Below are positions 1 to 8,686 of a DNA stretch of 64,000 bases, in pieces (position 1 is the first letter of the stretch; each line of letters starts with the position of its first letter). The notes beneath the pieces were generated by a model, which saw nothing but the letters and a program-made list of their open reading frames with translations, did not search any database and was not told the origin of the DNA. The DNA is taken from assembly GCA_045533905.1 (NCBI GenBank), contig JAZSIR010000003.1, positions 64,001-128,000 of the forward strand. Direction: 5' to 3'. Both the position numbers and the translations under genes were made by a program. The DNA comes from Clostridia bacterium. GTDB lineage: Bacteria > Bacillota > Clostridia > UMGS1883 > UMGS1540.

Positions 1-76
1 TCGGCACATGCATGGAAAACGAATCGAGCACCGCGAAATCATCGAAATGCTTTGTGACGTTCGATACACAAATCAT
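1..76 (-). CDS. ABC transporter ATP-binding protein (YtrB-like), N-terminal fragment cut by the window edge
   Basis: Manual translation MICVSNVTKHFDDFAVLDSFSMHVP is a typical ABC ATPase start; lies directly after a YtrA-type regulator. Confidence 0.7.
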   Translation of the reverse strand, partial: MICVSNVTKHFDDFAVLDSFSMHVP

Positions 77-445
77 CTAAAATTCCTCCTTTACTTTGGA
101 AATGGCACGCTCTATATCCTCTTTCGATTCGCCGAGATATAAAAGTGCGCGCGTAGTTTCTTCGAGGGTTTTGTAAAGCGCTGCGATTTTTTGTATGTCT
201 CGTGCGCCGTGTGCCCCCGAGACAAAATTGCCTTTTCCGAGGACGCTGTAAATGTACCCGTCAGATTCCAGCTGCTTGTACGCCTTTTGCACGGTATTCG
301 GGTTTACGGTAAGGCTTACAGAAAGCTCGCGAACAGACGGAAGCTGTTCGCCTTCTGCGAGCACACCGCTTATAATCTGCGCGCGAATACCGTCTTCAAT
401 TTGTACATGCAAACTGCGGCTGTCCTTGTAATCAATGGAAAGCAC
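77..445 (-). CDS. GntR family (YtrA subfamily) transcriptional repressor
   Basis: LPSVRELSVSLTVNPNTVQKAY wHTH with short C-terminus; GTG start with AAGGGAGGTG RBS. Confidence 0.92.
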   Translation of the reverse strand: MLSIDYKDSRSLHVQIEDGIRAQIISGVLAEGEQLPSVRELSVSLTVNPNTVQKAYKQLESDGYIYSVLGKGNFVSGAHGARDIQKIAALYKTLEETTRALLYLGESKEDIERAISKVKEEF

Positions 446-463
446 GGGTTCACCTCCCTTTAC

Positions 464-520
464 TAACTGTACTAGTACACGTGATACAGTTACTATATCA
501 TGCAGTATTTCGTTTGTCAA
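464..520 (-). promoter_or_regulatory. sigmaA promoter (TTGACA-17-TATAGT) with YtrA-type operator TAACTGTA-N13-TACAGTTA at 464-492
   Basis: -35 at 515-520, -10 at 492-497; the palindrome has the AGTGTA-N13-TACACT architecture of B. subtilis YtrA operators. Confidence 0.8.
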
Positions 521-569
521 TACTTTTTTGGAAAATAATGAAAAAGAGTGGGTTTTTACAACTTCTTTT

Positions 570-784
570 GGGGAATAGGAAAAAAAGAGGCAGAACGTTA
601 AAACTCCACCCGACGCCGTACATGCGTACTGCGAGTGGTGGAGTTTTGACGTAGCAAAAGGCGTATAACCGAAGAAAAATCGAACATATGAGATTTTTCG
701 TCTATAGAAAGATTTTCTTATGTTGTAAAATCTCTGTTTCTGTATTTTTGTTGCCTTTTGCGTTCTGGACTTTTTTTACATTCC
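570..784 (-). repeat. Dispersed MITE-like element copy 1, with internal 16-bp-stem hairpin at 595-652
   Basis: Arms GGAATGTAAAAAAAGTCCAGAACGCAAAAGGCAA and TTTTTTTCCTATTCCCC are shared with copies at 22041, 50830 and 53200. Confidence 0.6.
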
Positions 785-2293
785 TTACTCGTGGAGAGCG
801 CGGAGTTCCTTGAGCGTTTCTGCTACAAGTACATCGCCGCCCTCGGGCGAAACCTGGTTACAGTAAATGGTAGCACTGTAGCCGTGGTTTTTGATGGCAC
901 GCTCGTGGGCAAGGTACCCTGTGCGGTTCCCTTCCGGCTGGTCGGTAAGCTGAATAATAAAGGTCTGTGTAAACGGGCTCTTTGCCTGAATCTGATGCTG
1001 GTAATCAATGTACAGCTCAAAGGCATTCGTCGCAAAGGCTACATCACCTATGGAGATTACGTGCAGCTCCATATCGGTCGTCTTCGTTTTCTGCTGTTCT
1101 TCGTATCTTGCAAGAATGCCGCGGAAACGGTTCAGCTTTGCTTCGAGCTTTGCGCGGTCTTCAAAACGTTCAAAGGCGGTGCCGTCTGTCTTCGGCACAT
1201 AGGTATCGATAAGTGCCTGCAACTCGCGTTTTGAAAATTCGTACTGTTCTTTCGAAATAAGGCGCTGAGGAAGCTTGATGGTCTTTACAGTATGTTTTAC
1301 GCGCGCGTCGCGGATTTTATCCTTCTTGGCCCACTCGAGTACTTCGTCAAACGCCGCCGAGATGCGCTCGGCAATATCATAGCGGTTGTACATTTCCCAC
1401 GGGCGGTTTAAGAGATGTGCATTCGGCACCTCGCCAAATTTCAGCGCGTAGCGGCGTGCTTCTGCTTCCTTGTAGTGGAGTGTGCGGGGCGACATATCGC
1501 CTGCGGCGGCGCACTGCGAAAGAATATGAATATCGCCGTGTTTTTTGCGGATAAGCTCGCGCACTTCGTTCCAGTAGTCGGCCGTGAGCATTTCCTCCTG
1601 CTCGGAGTTTTGGGAGGGACACGGCACGTTGATGATAGCGCCCGTGAGCTTGTCATTTTTGTCAAAGGTGTAGAGAAGGTTTACGTAGTGGTCCACATTG
1701 CCTTCATAACCGATAAAGTTTTCGTCTTTCGTCGGACCGTACATTTTGGCGTGACCGTCCACGGCGAGAGGGTTATTTGCGCCGTTTTCGGCACCGGGGC
1801 GAAGGGACCAGTCATCCGAATATAAAACGCGGCGGCTGTGCGCTACCACGGCATAGCCGTAGCCATACGCATAGGAGCCTTCGTCTCTTGTGTCATAGGC
1901 TTCGCAGATAGCTTCCACCGCGAGATTTGACATATAGTCGCGGTATTCGAGTGCAGGGAAGATTTCGATGCCTTCATGCGGAAGGCGGGCAAAGGCGGGG
2001 TCTTTGTCAAGTCCTGCGCCGCAGTGTGTGTGCGTAATATTAAAGAGTACTTTTTCGGCGGGGATTTCGGGACGGGTCTTCGTAAGCTTTGCGCGGATAT
2101 CTTCGATAATAGAACGCCCAGCAACAAAGTCACCCGACATGAAGATGGCAATGTCTTCTCCGTCCTCCACAACGAGGCAATTTACCATGATGGGGTCGAG
2201 TATCCCCTTCGAGAGACGTACACGGAACTGCCCCGGAATATTGACCGGCTCGTCAATCGATACATCTCTTCTGCTCCAACCAAATTTAAGCAT
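785..2293 (-). CDS. Neutral/alkaline ceramidase N-terminal-like metallo-hydrolase, function unknown
   Basis: GWSRRDVS..., GILDPIMVNCL, NITHTHCG and AAGDMSP motifs; AAGGAG RBS before ATG 2293. Confidence 0.6.
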   Translation of the reverse strand: MLKFGWSRRDVSIDEPVNIPGQFRVRLSKGILDPIMVNCLVVEDGEDIAIFMSGDFVAGRSIIEDIRAKLTKTRPEIPAEKVLFNITHTHCGAGLDKDPAFARLPHEGIEIFPALEYRDYMSNLAVEAICEAYDTRDEGSYAYGYGYAVVAHSRRVLYSDDWSLRPGAENGANNPLAVDGHAKMYGPTKDENFIGYEGNVDHYVNLLYTFDKNDKLTGAIINVPCPSQNSEQEEMLTADYWNEVRELIRKKHGDIHILSQCAAAGDMSPRTLHYKEAEARRYALKFGEVPNAHLLNRPWEMYNRYDIAERISAAFDEVLEWAKKDKIRDARVKHTVKTIKLPQRLISKEQYEFSKRELQALIDTYVPKTDGTAFERFEDRAKLEAKLNRFRGILARYEEQQKTKTTDMELHVISIGDVAFATNAFELYIDYQHQIQAKSPFTQTFIIQLTDQPEGNRTGYLAHERAIKNHGYSATIYCNQVSPEGGDVLVAETLKELRALHE

Positions 2294-2298
2294 TTTCG

Positions 2299-4251
2299 TC
2301 ACTCCTTAACAATTAAATAATACATGGACTGTGCTTCCTTACCGATGGTGAAGGAAAGCTTGCCGTTTTCGTGTTTTGTGGGGAGAGTGCCTATATAGAA
2401 GCCTTCGGGGCTTACGGCCCAAACTTTAAGACCTTCTACCTCTGTGTCAATCGTGATATCGGCTTCAATAACCTCGATAAGTACCGGCGGTTTACCGATA
2501 TCGAGCATGAGATCGCCTTCGAATTTTGCGTCTGTATTTTCTGCGCGGCCGACAGCGGTGAGAAGAATATTGTCGGATTTTGTGATGTCTGCATCCGAAA
2601 GCGTGCTCATCGCGATGGTGGCAAAATCGGTGTGGCAATCAATCGAAACGCCGTCGAGCTCCTGCTTGCCGTTTTTAAGGAGGAAGCCGTAGGCGCATTT
2701 TGTTTTCGGCGTATTGATGTAGCCGTAGTTTTTGCCCCAGCTTCTGTAAAGCTCGCCCGTATCGGAAAGGCTTTCCGTTCTTTCGCCCGGCCATTCTCTG
2801 TCTTCGGCGAATTCTTTAAAATCGTAGTTTGCGATAACACGCGAAACTTCCACGTTTTCGTGTGCCGCCGTCCAGTCATGCATGTGCTTGGAAATCGGGC
2901 GGATTTCCACGGTGTTCTTTGCTTCCTGCACGTCGCCGCGGCGTGTCATTAAGGCCGCATGCTGGAAAAGACCGAACTTTGCCGGGTCATTCCATGCACT
3001 GAAAATACCCTGACGGTACGGAACGCCGCCGATTTTCTCGGCGAAAATTTCCTTGCCGAGCATATTCATGTTCTCAAGGCGTGCAGAGTAGGAGTATGTA
3101 TGAATGGCAAAGCCGCTCCAGCCCTGAAGTAAACCTACTGCGGCGCAGAAAAGCGGAGACTCTGCGCGGTACGCGTTCGGCCACGGCATATCCCATTCGG
3201 AAATGTAGGTCGGCTTATCTTTTGCGGTGGCAAACGCCGAGTGCGAAAGGAGCGAATAGTCCCGCCCAGTGATGCCGCGGTTTTGACCGTGCTTCTCGAA
3301 TTCTCCCCAGCGCCAGTCATAGTAGTAGGTATGGTCATCGTAAAAGTCGGTAAGAAGCTGTGTTTTCATATTGGCGGGCGAGGAAATCCAGTTCGTGCCC
3401 GTAATCGGGATTTTTACGCCCACTTCGCGCATATGAGAAAGCATAATGCGGTAGTATTCTTCCTGCAGCTCCGTCTTAAAGTCGATAAAGTCTTCGTCCT
3501 CGTAATCCGAAAAGTCTACATCGGCGGCCTTCTTGTCTTTTCCGTTCTTTTGAAGCCACGCGTCAAAAAGGTTTGCAAGTTCCGTTTTGTACGGCTCAGT
3601 GAAAAGCGGATGGCTCTTTGTGAAAAGGTCACTTTCGTTTACGATTTCCGCGAGGACGAAAACGGGGTCGTCACAGTACCGGAGCCCTGTGTACGGGTTT
3701 TCGTGCTGCCAAAGCTCGGTGCAAAGCTCTTTCTGAAGCTCGATAAGGCGCGGATTATATACGCAGTACGGCTTTGCCGCGTCAAGAAGCTCTTTGGCAT
3801 TGTCCACATTCTCGTCGGATTTGAAGCGGCGGTAGGTGAACATATCCATATAGCAGTAAATACCTTCTTTTTTGAGGCAATACACGAGATAGTCAAGTCT
3901 GTCCATACTCTCGGGGTCAAGATGGCCGCCCGTTACTCTCTTGCCCTTTGTGAAGGCGAAGATGTTCGGCGTGTGCCACTCGGAATCGAGCTGATGGAAA
4001 CGAACGAGGTTTAAACCGATTTTAGCGAGGCGCTTTGCAAGCTTTTCGGCATAGTCCTTCTCGGGGAAGCAGCCCCAGCCGTTGAAGTTCGTGCCCCAGA
4101 ATTTTACGGGTGTACCGTCTTCAAACACAAACTGTCTGCCCTCTGTCTTCAGAAAGCCGTGCTTACCTGCCGGTTTTTCTCCTTCGAATACGAAGGAAAT
4201 GTCCACGGGAACATCATCGTGGAAAAAAGGATAGGGAATCCACTTTGTCAA
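2299..4251 (-). CDS. Clan GH-A glycoside hydrolase (GH5/GH148-like)
   Basis: PAGKHGF..FEDGTPVKFWGTN, NLVRFHQLD, EIVNE (acid/base), ISEW (nucleophile); start TTG 4251 or GTG 4260. Confidence 0.7.
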   Translation of the reverse strand: MTKWIPYPFFHDDVPVDISFVFEGEKPAGKHGFLKTEGRQFVFEDGTPVKFWGTNFNGWGCFPEKDYAEKLAKRLAKIGLNLVRFHQLDSEWHTPNIFAFTKGKRVTGGHLDPESMDRLDYLVYCLKKEGIYCYMDMFTYRRFKSDENVDNAKELLDAAKPYCVYNPRLIELQKELCTELWQHENPYTGLRYCDDPVFVLAEIVNESDLFTKSHPLFTEPYKTELANLFDAWLQKNGKDKKAADVDFSDYEDEDFIDFKTELQEEYYRIMLSHMREVGVKIPITGTNWISSPANMKTQLLTDFYDDHTYYYDWRWGEFEKHGQNRGITGRDYSLLSHSAFATAKDKPTYISEWDMPWPNAYRAESPLFCAAVGLLQGWSGFAIHTYSYSARLENMNMLGKEIFAEKIGGVPYRQGIFSAWNDPAKFGLFQHAALMTRRGDVQEAKNTVEIRPISKHMHDWTAAHENVEVSRVIANYDFKEFAEDREWPGERTESLSDTGELYRSWGKNYGYINTPKTKCAYGFLLKNGKQELDGVSIDCHTDFATIAMSTLSDADITKSDNILLTAVGRAENTDAKFEGDLMLDIGKPPVLIEVIEADITIDTEVEGLKVWAVSPEGFYIGTLPTKHENGKLSFTIGKEAQSMYYLIVKE

Positions 4252-4370
4252 AAATATCACCTCAGAAATAGTAGTTTATACTTGCATTATATCATATTTT
4301 CAGGTATAATCTACCCAGAAACCGAAAAAAACCAATGAAAAACAGTACATTTTGAAGGTGGGAGGTAAAG

Positions 4371-5156
4371 ATGAGAGGGAAATTTGAAAAAAATGAACTC
4401 GGCATCCGAATCACGAGCGTACAAGGCTTTCGCGGCTTTCCGCCCATGTTCCATGCACATATGGAGTTTATTTATGTACTTTCAGGGGAAGTTAAAATCA
4501 ATATTGACGATGTGCGCCACACCCTCACAAAGGGGCAAATGAGCATGGCCTTTCCGTATGCCATCCACAGCTATCAAAATGCACCGGATGCGGAGGTTTT
4601 CGTGCTTTTGTTCTCGCCCGCGGCCGTGCCCGGCTTTGAAAAAGAGCTTTCGGCCGTTCGCCCGGTCACTCCGTATGTGGAGGACGCCCGGATATTTTTG
4701 CCGCTTCTTGAGAAAATCTTGGCGTTTTACGGGGAGGAGGGCACTTCGGCCAAAACGGCAGAGGCATATCTTAACGCCCTTCTCGGGGAAATCCTTCTTT
4801 CCATCCCGCTTACGGATGCTGACAATACGGATTTAAGCACCACACAGAAAATTCTCGTCTACTGCTCGGAACATTATAAAGAAAATATCACGATTGGGAA
4901 GGTGGCGCATCATTGTTTCGTGAGCGAGAGCACGGTCACGAAAATTTTTGCCGCAAAGCTCGGCTGTTCATTTCGCGAATACATCAATATTCTTCGAATT
5001 AGTGACGCGAAGAGCCTTCTTAAAAATACAGACCTTAAAATTATCGAAGTCATGCTCGCCTCAGGGTACCAAAACCAGAGTAGCTTTAACCGTGTGTTCG
5101 GGTCAGTGGTAGGGATGAGCCCGCGTGCATATCGAGATAAATACAGGAAAAAATAA
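4371..5156 (+). CDS. AraC family transcriptional regulator
   Basis: Cupin HxHxE N-terminus; C-terminal double HTH (SGYQNQSSFNRVF..VGMSPRAYR). Confidence 0.93.
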   Translation: MRGKFEKNELGIRITSVQGFRGFPPMFHAHMEFIYVLSGEVKINIDDVRHTLTKGQMSMAFPYAIHSYQNAPDAEVFVLLFSPAAVPGFEKELSAVRPVTPYVEDARIFLPLLEKILAFYGEEGTSAKTAEAYLNALLGEILLSIPLTDADNTDLSTTQKILVYCSEHYKENITIGKVAHHCFVSESTVTKIFAAKLGCSFREYINILRISDAKSLLKNTDLKIIEVMLASGYQNQSSFNRVFGSVVGMSPRAYRDKYRKK

Positions 5157-5168
5157 GGAGAGAAAAAG

Positions 5169-6347
5169 ATGTTTTACGAAAAAACAAACATTTTCCCGTC
5201 AGACGGCGTGTCGAACTACCGTATCCCGAGCTGCATAGCAACAAAAAATGGTACCTTTATCGCATTTGCAAATGATAGAAAAAATACGCTTATGGACCGC
5301 GCTGTGGAAATCTCCGTTGCCAGCTGCCGAAAGGAAGCAGGCGGCGCGTGAACAAAGGCCGAAACGCGCGTAGCAATCCCCGACTGGGCGATTCAAGCAG
5401 GTGCGCTTACGTATGACGAAGAAATCGATAAAGTCATCTATTTCAGCGTCCGTATGGCGGTAGCTACGAACGAGTGGTACATCTATTCCAAGGAAGAACT
5501 CGCGGAAATTGCCGCAAAAACCCGCGAAAAAGAGAAAGCGGCAGGCGCAAAGGATGGCCACTACCGCCTCGTTTCCACCGATGACGGCAAAACGTGGACA
5601 GAGGAAGAGCACATTCCGCTCCCGATTCTTAAAAAACACATCGACGGAAAGGAATATTCTGTTTGCGGACAAACACACGGCTGTGCCCACGGCATTCAGC
5701 TTAAAAACAGCAAGTATCGCGGAAGACTCGTTTCGCCTGCACGCTTTACCATCGGCCAGTTTGATAACCGCGAGGACCTTAAACAGTGCGTATATAACTG
5801 CGCCATTTATTCCGATGACCACGGCAAAACGTGGAAAACCTCGGGTAGCGTGCAGATTACAACGGGCGAAGGTACGCTTATTGAAAACCGTGACGGAAGC
5901 CTTACCTATAATTCCAGAGCGTACCATCAGGACGGGCGGCGCCGCCTTGCCACGTCCTATGATGGCGGCGAAACGTGGGAGGATTTCCGCGAAGACGATT
6001 TCCTCCTTGAGGAAAAGAAGCAAGGCTGCAATGCTTCCTTTATCCGCGTGGAGCTTTCTGAAATTTTGGACACTTCGCTTCTCCCCCAAAACGCGGAAGG
6101 GCTCGTGCTCTTTGCAAACCCGAGGGCAGAAACGCGTGAGAATATGTGCATCTGCATTTCATATGACGGCGGCAGAACATGGGCAGACATAAAGGTCGTA
6201 GACCCCGGATTTGCCTCCTATTCGTCCCTTGCATGGAACAAGGGAACGCAAACCTTCTGTCTTCTCTATGAGCACGGCGAAGAGCACGCGAACAGTTCCG
6301 GCATATCGGCAATTGAATTTGACCTCGAATGGCTTCTTGCGAAATAA
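5169..6347 (+). pseudogene. GH33 sialidase-family (BNR repeat) gene interrupted by an in-frame TGA at 5349-5351
   Basis: YRIP motif and Asp-boxes (STDDGKTW, SDDHGKTW, SYDGGETW, SYDGGRTW); ORFs 5169-5351 and 5454-6347 share a frame and the interval is open. Confidence 0.8.
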
Positions 6348-6380
6348 AAAAGGGCGGCTGCACCGTAGCCGCTTTTTTAT
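6346..6380 (+). terminator. Intrinsic terminator
   Basis: GCGGCTG-cacc-gTAGCCGC followed by a T-tract. Confidence 0.7.
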
Positions 6381-6469
6381 TTATTTTTTGTTGCATATAT
6401 TCCGTCTCTTTGAACATAATAAGGAATGTAGTTTCGCATTCTACATCTTTTTTTCTATCTCCTATAGGG

Positions 6470-6495
6470 AAAAGACGGCCACATGGCCGTCTTTT
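6470..6495. terminator. Bidirectional terminator-like hairpin
   Basis: AAAAGACGGCCA-CA-TGGCCGTCTTTT. Confidence 0.65.
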
Positions 6496-6518
6496 TCTTT
6501 TCTTTTATTTTCTGTTCT

Positions 6519-6926
6519 GCAGGTACAGGCCGTGCGGCTCGCAGACGAACCCTACGAGTTCGGTACAATCTCTCCTTCTCCGCAAAACGATTTTCTGGTG
6601 TATGGAGAGATACGGTGCGCTCATGCCCTCTACCGACCGCCTTCGGCGGTGCCCGGTATTTGGCGCGTGCTCCCGACTCCGCAGTCTGCAAAGTTCCTTT
6701 GCAGCTGCTTCGACGAACTCTCGAGAGGTCTCATCCCGTTTTTCCTGCTCCTCAAAAGAAAGAAGCTGTTTTTTGGCTGCGGAGAGATACTCTGCGCCGG
6801 CGATTTTTCGACCATCTGCGATGGTGCCCGAAAAATCCTGCCGTGCTCGAGACTCCGCAGTCCGCCCGTCTTCGACGCGCGGCTGCTTCGACGAACTCTA
6901 CGAGTTCTCACTCTCCTTCTCCGCCA
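6519..6926. repeat. Tandem structured repeats containing tRNA-Ser 3'-end sequence (partial unit 6519-6583; units 6596-6752 and 6774-6926)
   Basis: Shared blocks GGAGAGATAC, GGTGCCCG, CGTGCTC, GACTCCGCAGTC, GCTGCTTCGACGAACTCT; CTCTCCTTCTCCGC(CA) matches the tRNA-Ser(GCT) 3' end. Confidence 0.75.
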
Positions 6927-6930
6927 AACA

Positions 6931-6958
6931 AAAAAGAGATACGAATGTATCTCTTTTT
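6931..6958 (-). terminator. Terminator hairpin after tRNA-Ser(GCT)
   Basis: AAAAAGAGATAC-GAAT-GTATCTCTTTTT. Confidence 0.7.
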
Positions 6959-6959
6959 C

Positions 6960-7051
6960 TGGCGGAGAAGGAGAGATTCGAACTCTCGCACCAGTTTCCC
7001 AGCCTACTCCCTTAGCAGGGGAGCCCCTTCGACCTACTTGGGTACTTCTCC
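6960..7051 (-). tRNA. tRNA-Ser (GCT)
   Basis: GGAGAAGTACCCAAG...CTCCC-CTGCTAA-GGGAG, long variable arm, GAGAGTTCGAATCTCTC, ends GCCA. Confidence 0.95.
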
Positions 7052-7142
7052 ATATATTAAATTTTCCGTGCCGTCAATCCTGCAAGGCAGGCCGATGAAG
7101 GCGACGGGCCATTGGTGGCGATGCTTTGCAGGAGACGGAATG

Positions 7143-7229
7143 TGGCGGAGAAGGTGGGATTCGAACCCACGGCTCTTTCGAGTCACTGGTTTTCAAGACC
7201 AGCTCCTTAAACCGCTCGGACACCTCTCC
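7143..7229 (-). tRNA. tRNA-Ser (TGA)
   Basis: GGAGAGGTGTCCGAGCGGTTTAAGGAGCTGGT-CTTGAAA-ACCAG, variable arm, GGGTTCGAATCCC, ends GCCA. Confidence 0.95.
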
Positions 7230-7246
7230 CTGCATGAAACAAAAGT

Positions 7247-7275
7247 ATTATAGCAAAAAAAGCGCGCGGTGTCAA
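7247..7275 (-). promoter_or_regulatory. Consensus sigmaA promoter of the tRNA-Ser pair
   Basis: TTGACA-17-TATAAT with extended TG. Confidence 0.85.
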
Positions 7276-7335
7276 CTGTTTCGAAAAAAATAATTTATTT
7301 TGTTTTCTTTTTTTGGGAAAAGAGAGACTTTTTCC

Positions 7336-7364
7336 TTGACAAAGGAGAGGGGGCGTGGTACAAT
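7336..7364 (+). promoter_or_regulatory. sigmaA promoter of the pyr operon
   Basis: TTGACA-17-TACAAT with extended TG. Confidence 0.8.
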
Positions 7365-7374
7365 ATATAAGATA

Positions 7375-7460
7375 AATCTTTAAGTGCGATGCAGAGACGT
7401 CGGCAAGATTGTGAAAAGGTGCAGCGGAAGGCTGTATTTTTTGGCGCGTCTTGCTTTTTG
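7375..7460 (+). promoter_or_regulatory. PyrR-binding-site-like attenuator leader
   Basis: ATCTTTAAG...GATG-CAGAGA-CGTC-GGCAAGAT resembles the CUUUAA / CAGAGAG PyrR loop; downstream TCTTGC can pair with GCAAGA. Confidence 0.6.
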
Positions 7461-7480
7461 TATGGAAAGGAACCTTAAAA

Positions 7481-8674
7481 ATGCAAGAGATAATGAACAT
7501 CCTGAAGAAAAACGAGACAGGCGCCGGAAAAGAAGTGTTTCTCCGTCGCTTTGCACCCCATTTTTTAAATTTGGATGATTTTGTGATTTTACCCGGCTTT
7601 TGCGATGTGCACGTGCATTTTCGTGAGCCGGGTTTTTCGTATAAAGAAACGATTTTGTCGGGCAGCCGCGCGGCGGCGCACGGCGGCTTTACCGCGGTGT
7701 GCACGATGCCGAATCTCGACCCTGTGCCCGATGATGCCGAAACTCTCGCACTCCAGAAGGAACTGATCGCGCGGGGCGCTGTTATCGGCGTATACCCTCT
7801 CGGCGCCATCACAAAAGGGGAAAAGGGAGAAGCACTTTCGGATATGGAAAATATGGACGCCATCGCATTTTCAGACGACGGCCGCGGCGTACAAAGCGAA
7901 AGCACGATGCGCGAGGCGATGCTTCTCGCCAAAAAGTGCGGCAAGGTCATTGCGGCGCACTGTGAGGATAATAGTCTTCTCTATGGCGGATATATCCACG
8001 ATGGGGCGTATGCGGCGGCACATAGCCACCGCGGCATCTCCTCGGAAAGCGAGTACGGGCCGATTGCGCGCGACATTCGCCTTCTTCGCGAGACGGGGTG
8101 CGCCTACCATGTGTGCCATATCTCGACGAAGGAGAGCGTGGCGCTTATCCGCGAGGCAAAGCGCGAAGGCATCGACATTACGTGCGAAACAGCACCGCAT
8201 TATCTTATATTTGACGAAAATGACCTCGAAGAGGACGGCCGCTTTAAAATGAACCCGCCGCTTCGCGCGCGGGAAGACCGCGAGGCACTTATCGAAGGCG
8301 TACTCGACGGAACAATTGATATGATAGCGACCGACCACGCCCCCCATTCCGCCGAGGAAAAAGGGCGGGGCCTTGCAAAAAGTGCATTTGGCATTGTGGG
8401 AATCGAAACCTCGTTCCCCGCGATGTATACATACTTTGTAAAAACGGGCAGGATGACAATGGAGCGCCTTATAGAGCTTATGTGCATCGCACCGCGCGAG
8501 CGGTTCGGCATTCCTTTCGGAGAAGAGTTTTCCGTCTGGAACCTTGCCGAAAGCCGAAAGGTCTCCGCGGCGGAATTTCTCTCGATGGGAAAAGCCACCC
8601 CGTTTTTAGATAAAGAACTTTATGGGGTCAATTACCTTACCGTCTCGGGCGGCAAGGTTGTATATGAAAGATAG
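7481..8674 (+). CDS. pyrC: Dihydroorotase
   Basis: PGFCDVHVHFREPG, MPN, CHIS, KMNPPLR, ATDHAPH; start uncertain. Confidence 0.93.
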   Translation: MQEIMNILKKNETGAGKEVFLRRFAPHFLNLDDFVILPGFCDVHVHFREPGFSYKETILSGSRAAAHGGFTAVCTMPNLDPVPDDAETLALQKELIARGAVIGVYPLGAITKGEKGEALSDMENMDAIAFSDDGRGVQSESTMREAMLLAKKCGKVIAAHCEDNSLLYGGYIHDGAYAAAHSHRGISSESEYGPIARDIRLLRETGCAYHVCHISTKESVALIREAKREGIDITCETAPHYLIFDENDLEEDGRFKMNPPLRAREDREALIEGVLDGTIDMIATDHAPHSAEEKGRGLAKSAFGIVGIETSFPAMYTYFVKTGRMTMERLIELMCIAPRERFGIPFGEEFSVWNLAESRKVSAAEFLSMGKATPFLDKELYGVNYLTVSGGKVVYER

Positions 8675-8686
8675 GAGGAAATTACT

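Noticed and set aside
5349-5351. Selenocysteine or genome-wide TGA recoding
   Set aside because: The expected residue is Trp, not Cys, and TGA terminates other genes here (e.g. pyrE, capD); a nonsense change is simpler
6443-6462. Fifth copy of the MITE-like family
   Set aside because: Only a right-arm-like fragment (CATCTTTTTTTCTATCTCC) with no convincing left arm
6519-6960. Prophage or ICE attR at tRNA-Ser
   Set aside because: The tRNA 3'-end copies are inverted and immediately adjacent; no integrase or phage genes nearby
6211-7253. ORFs of 228-295 aa over the tRNA/repeat region
   Set aside because: They overlap tRNAs and hairpins and show no protein-like motifs
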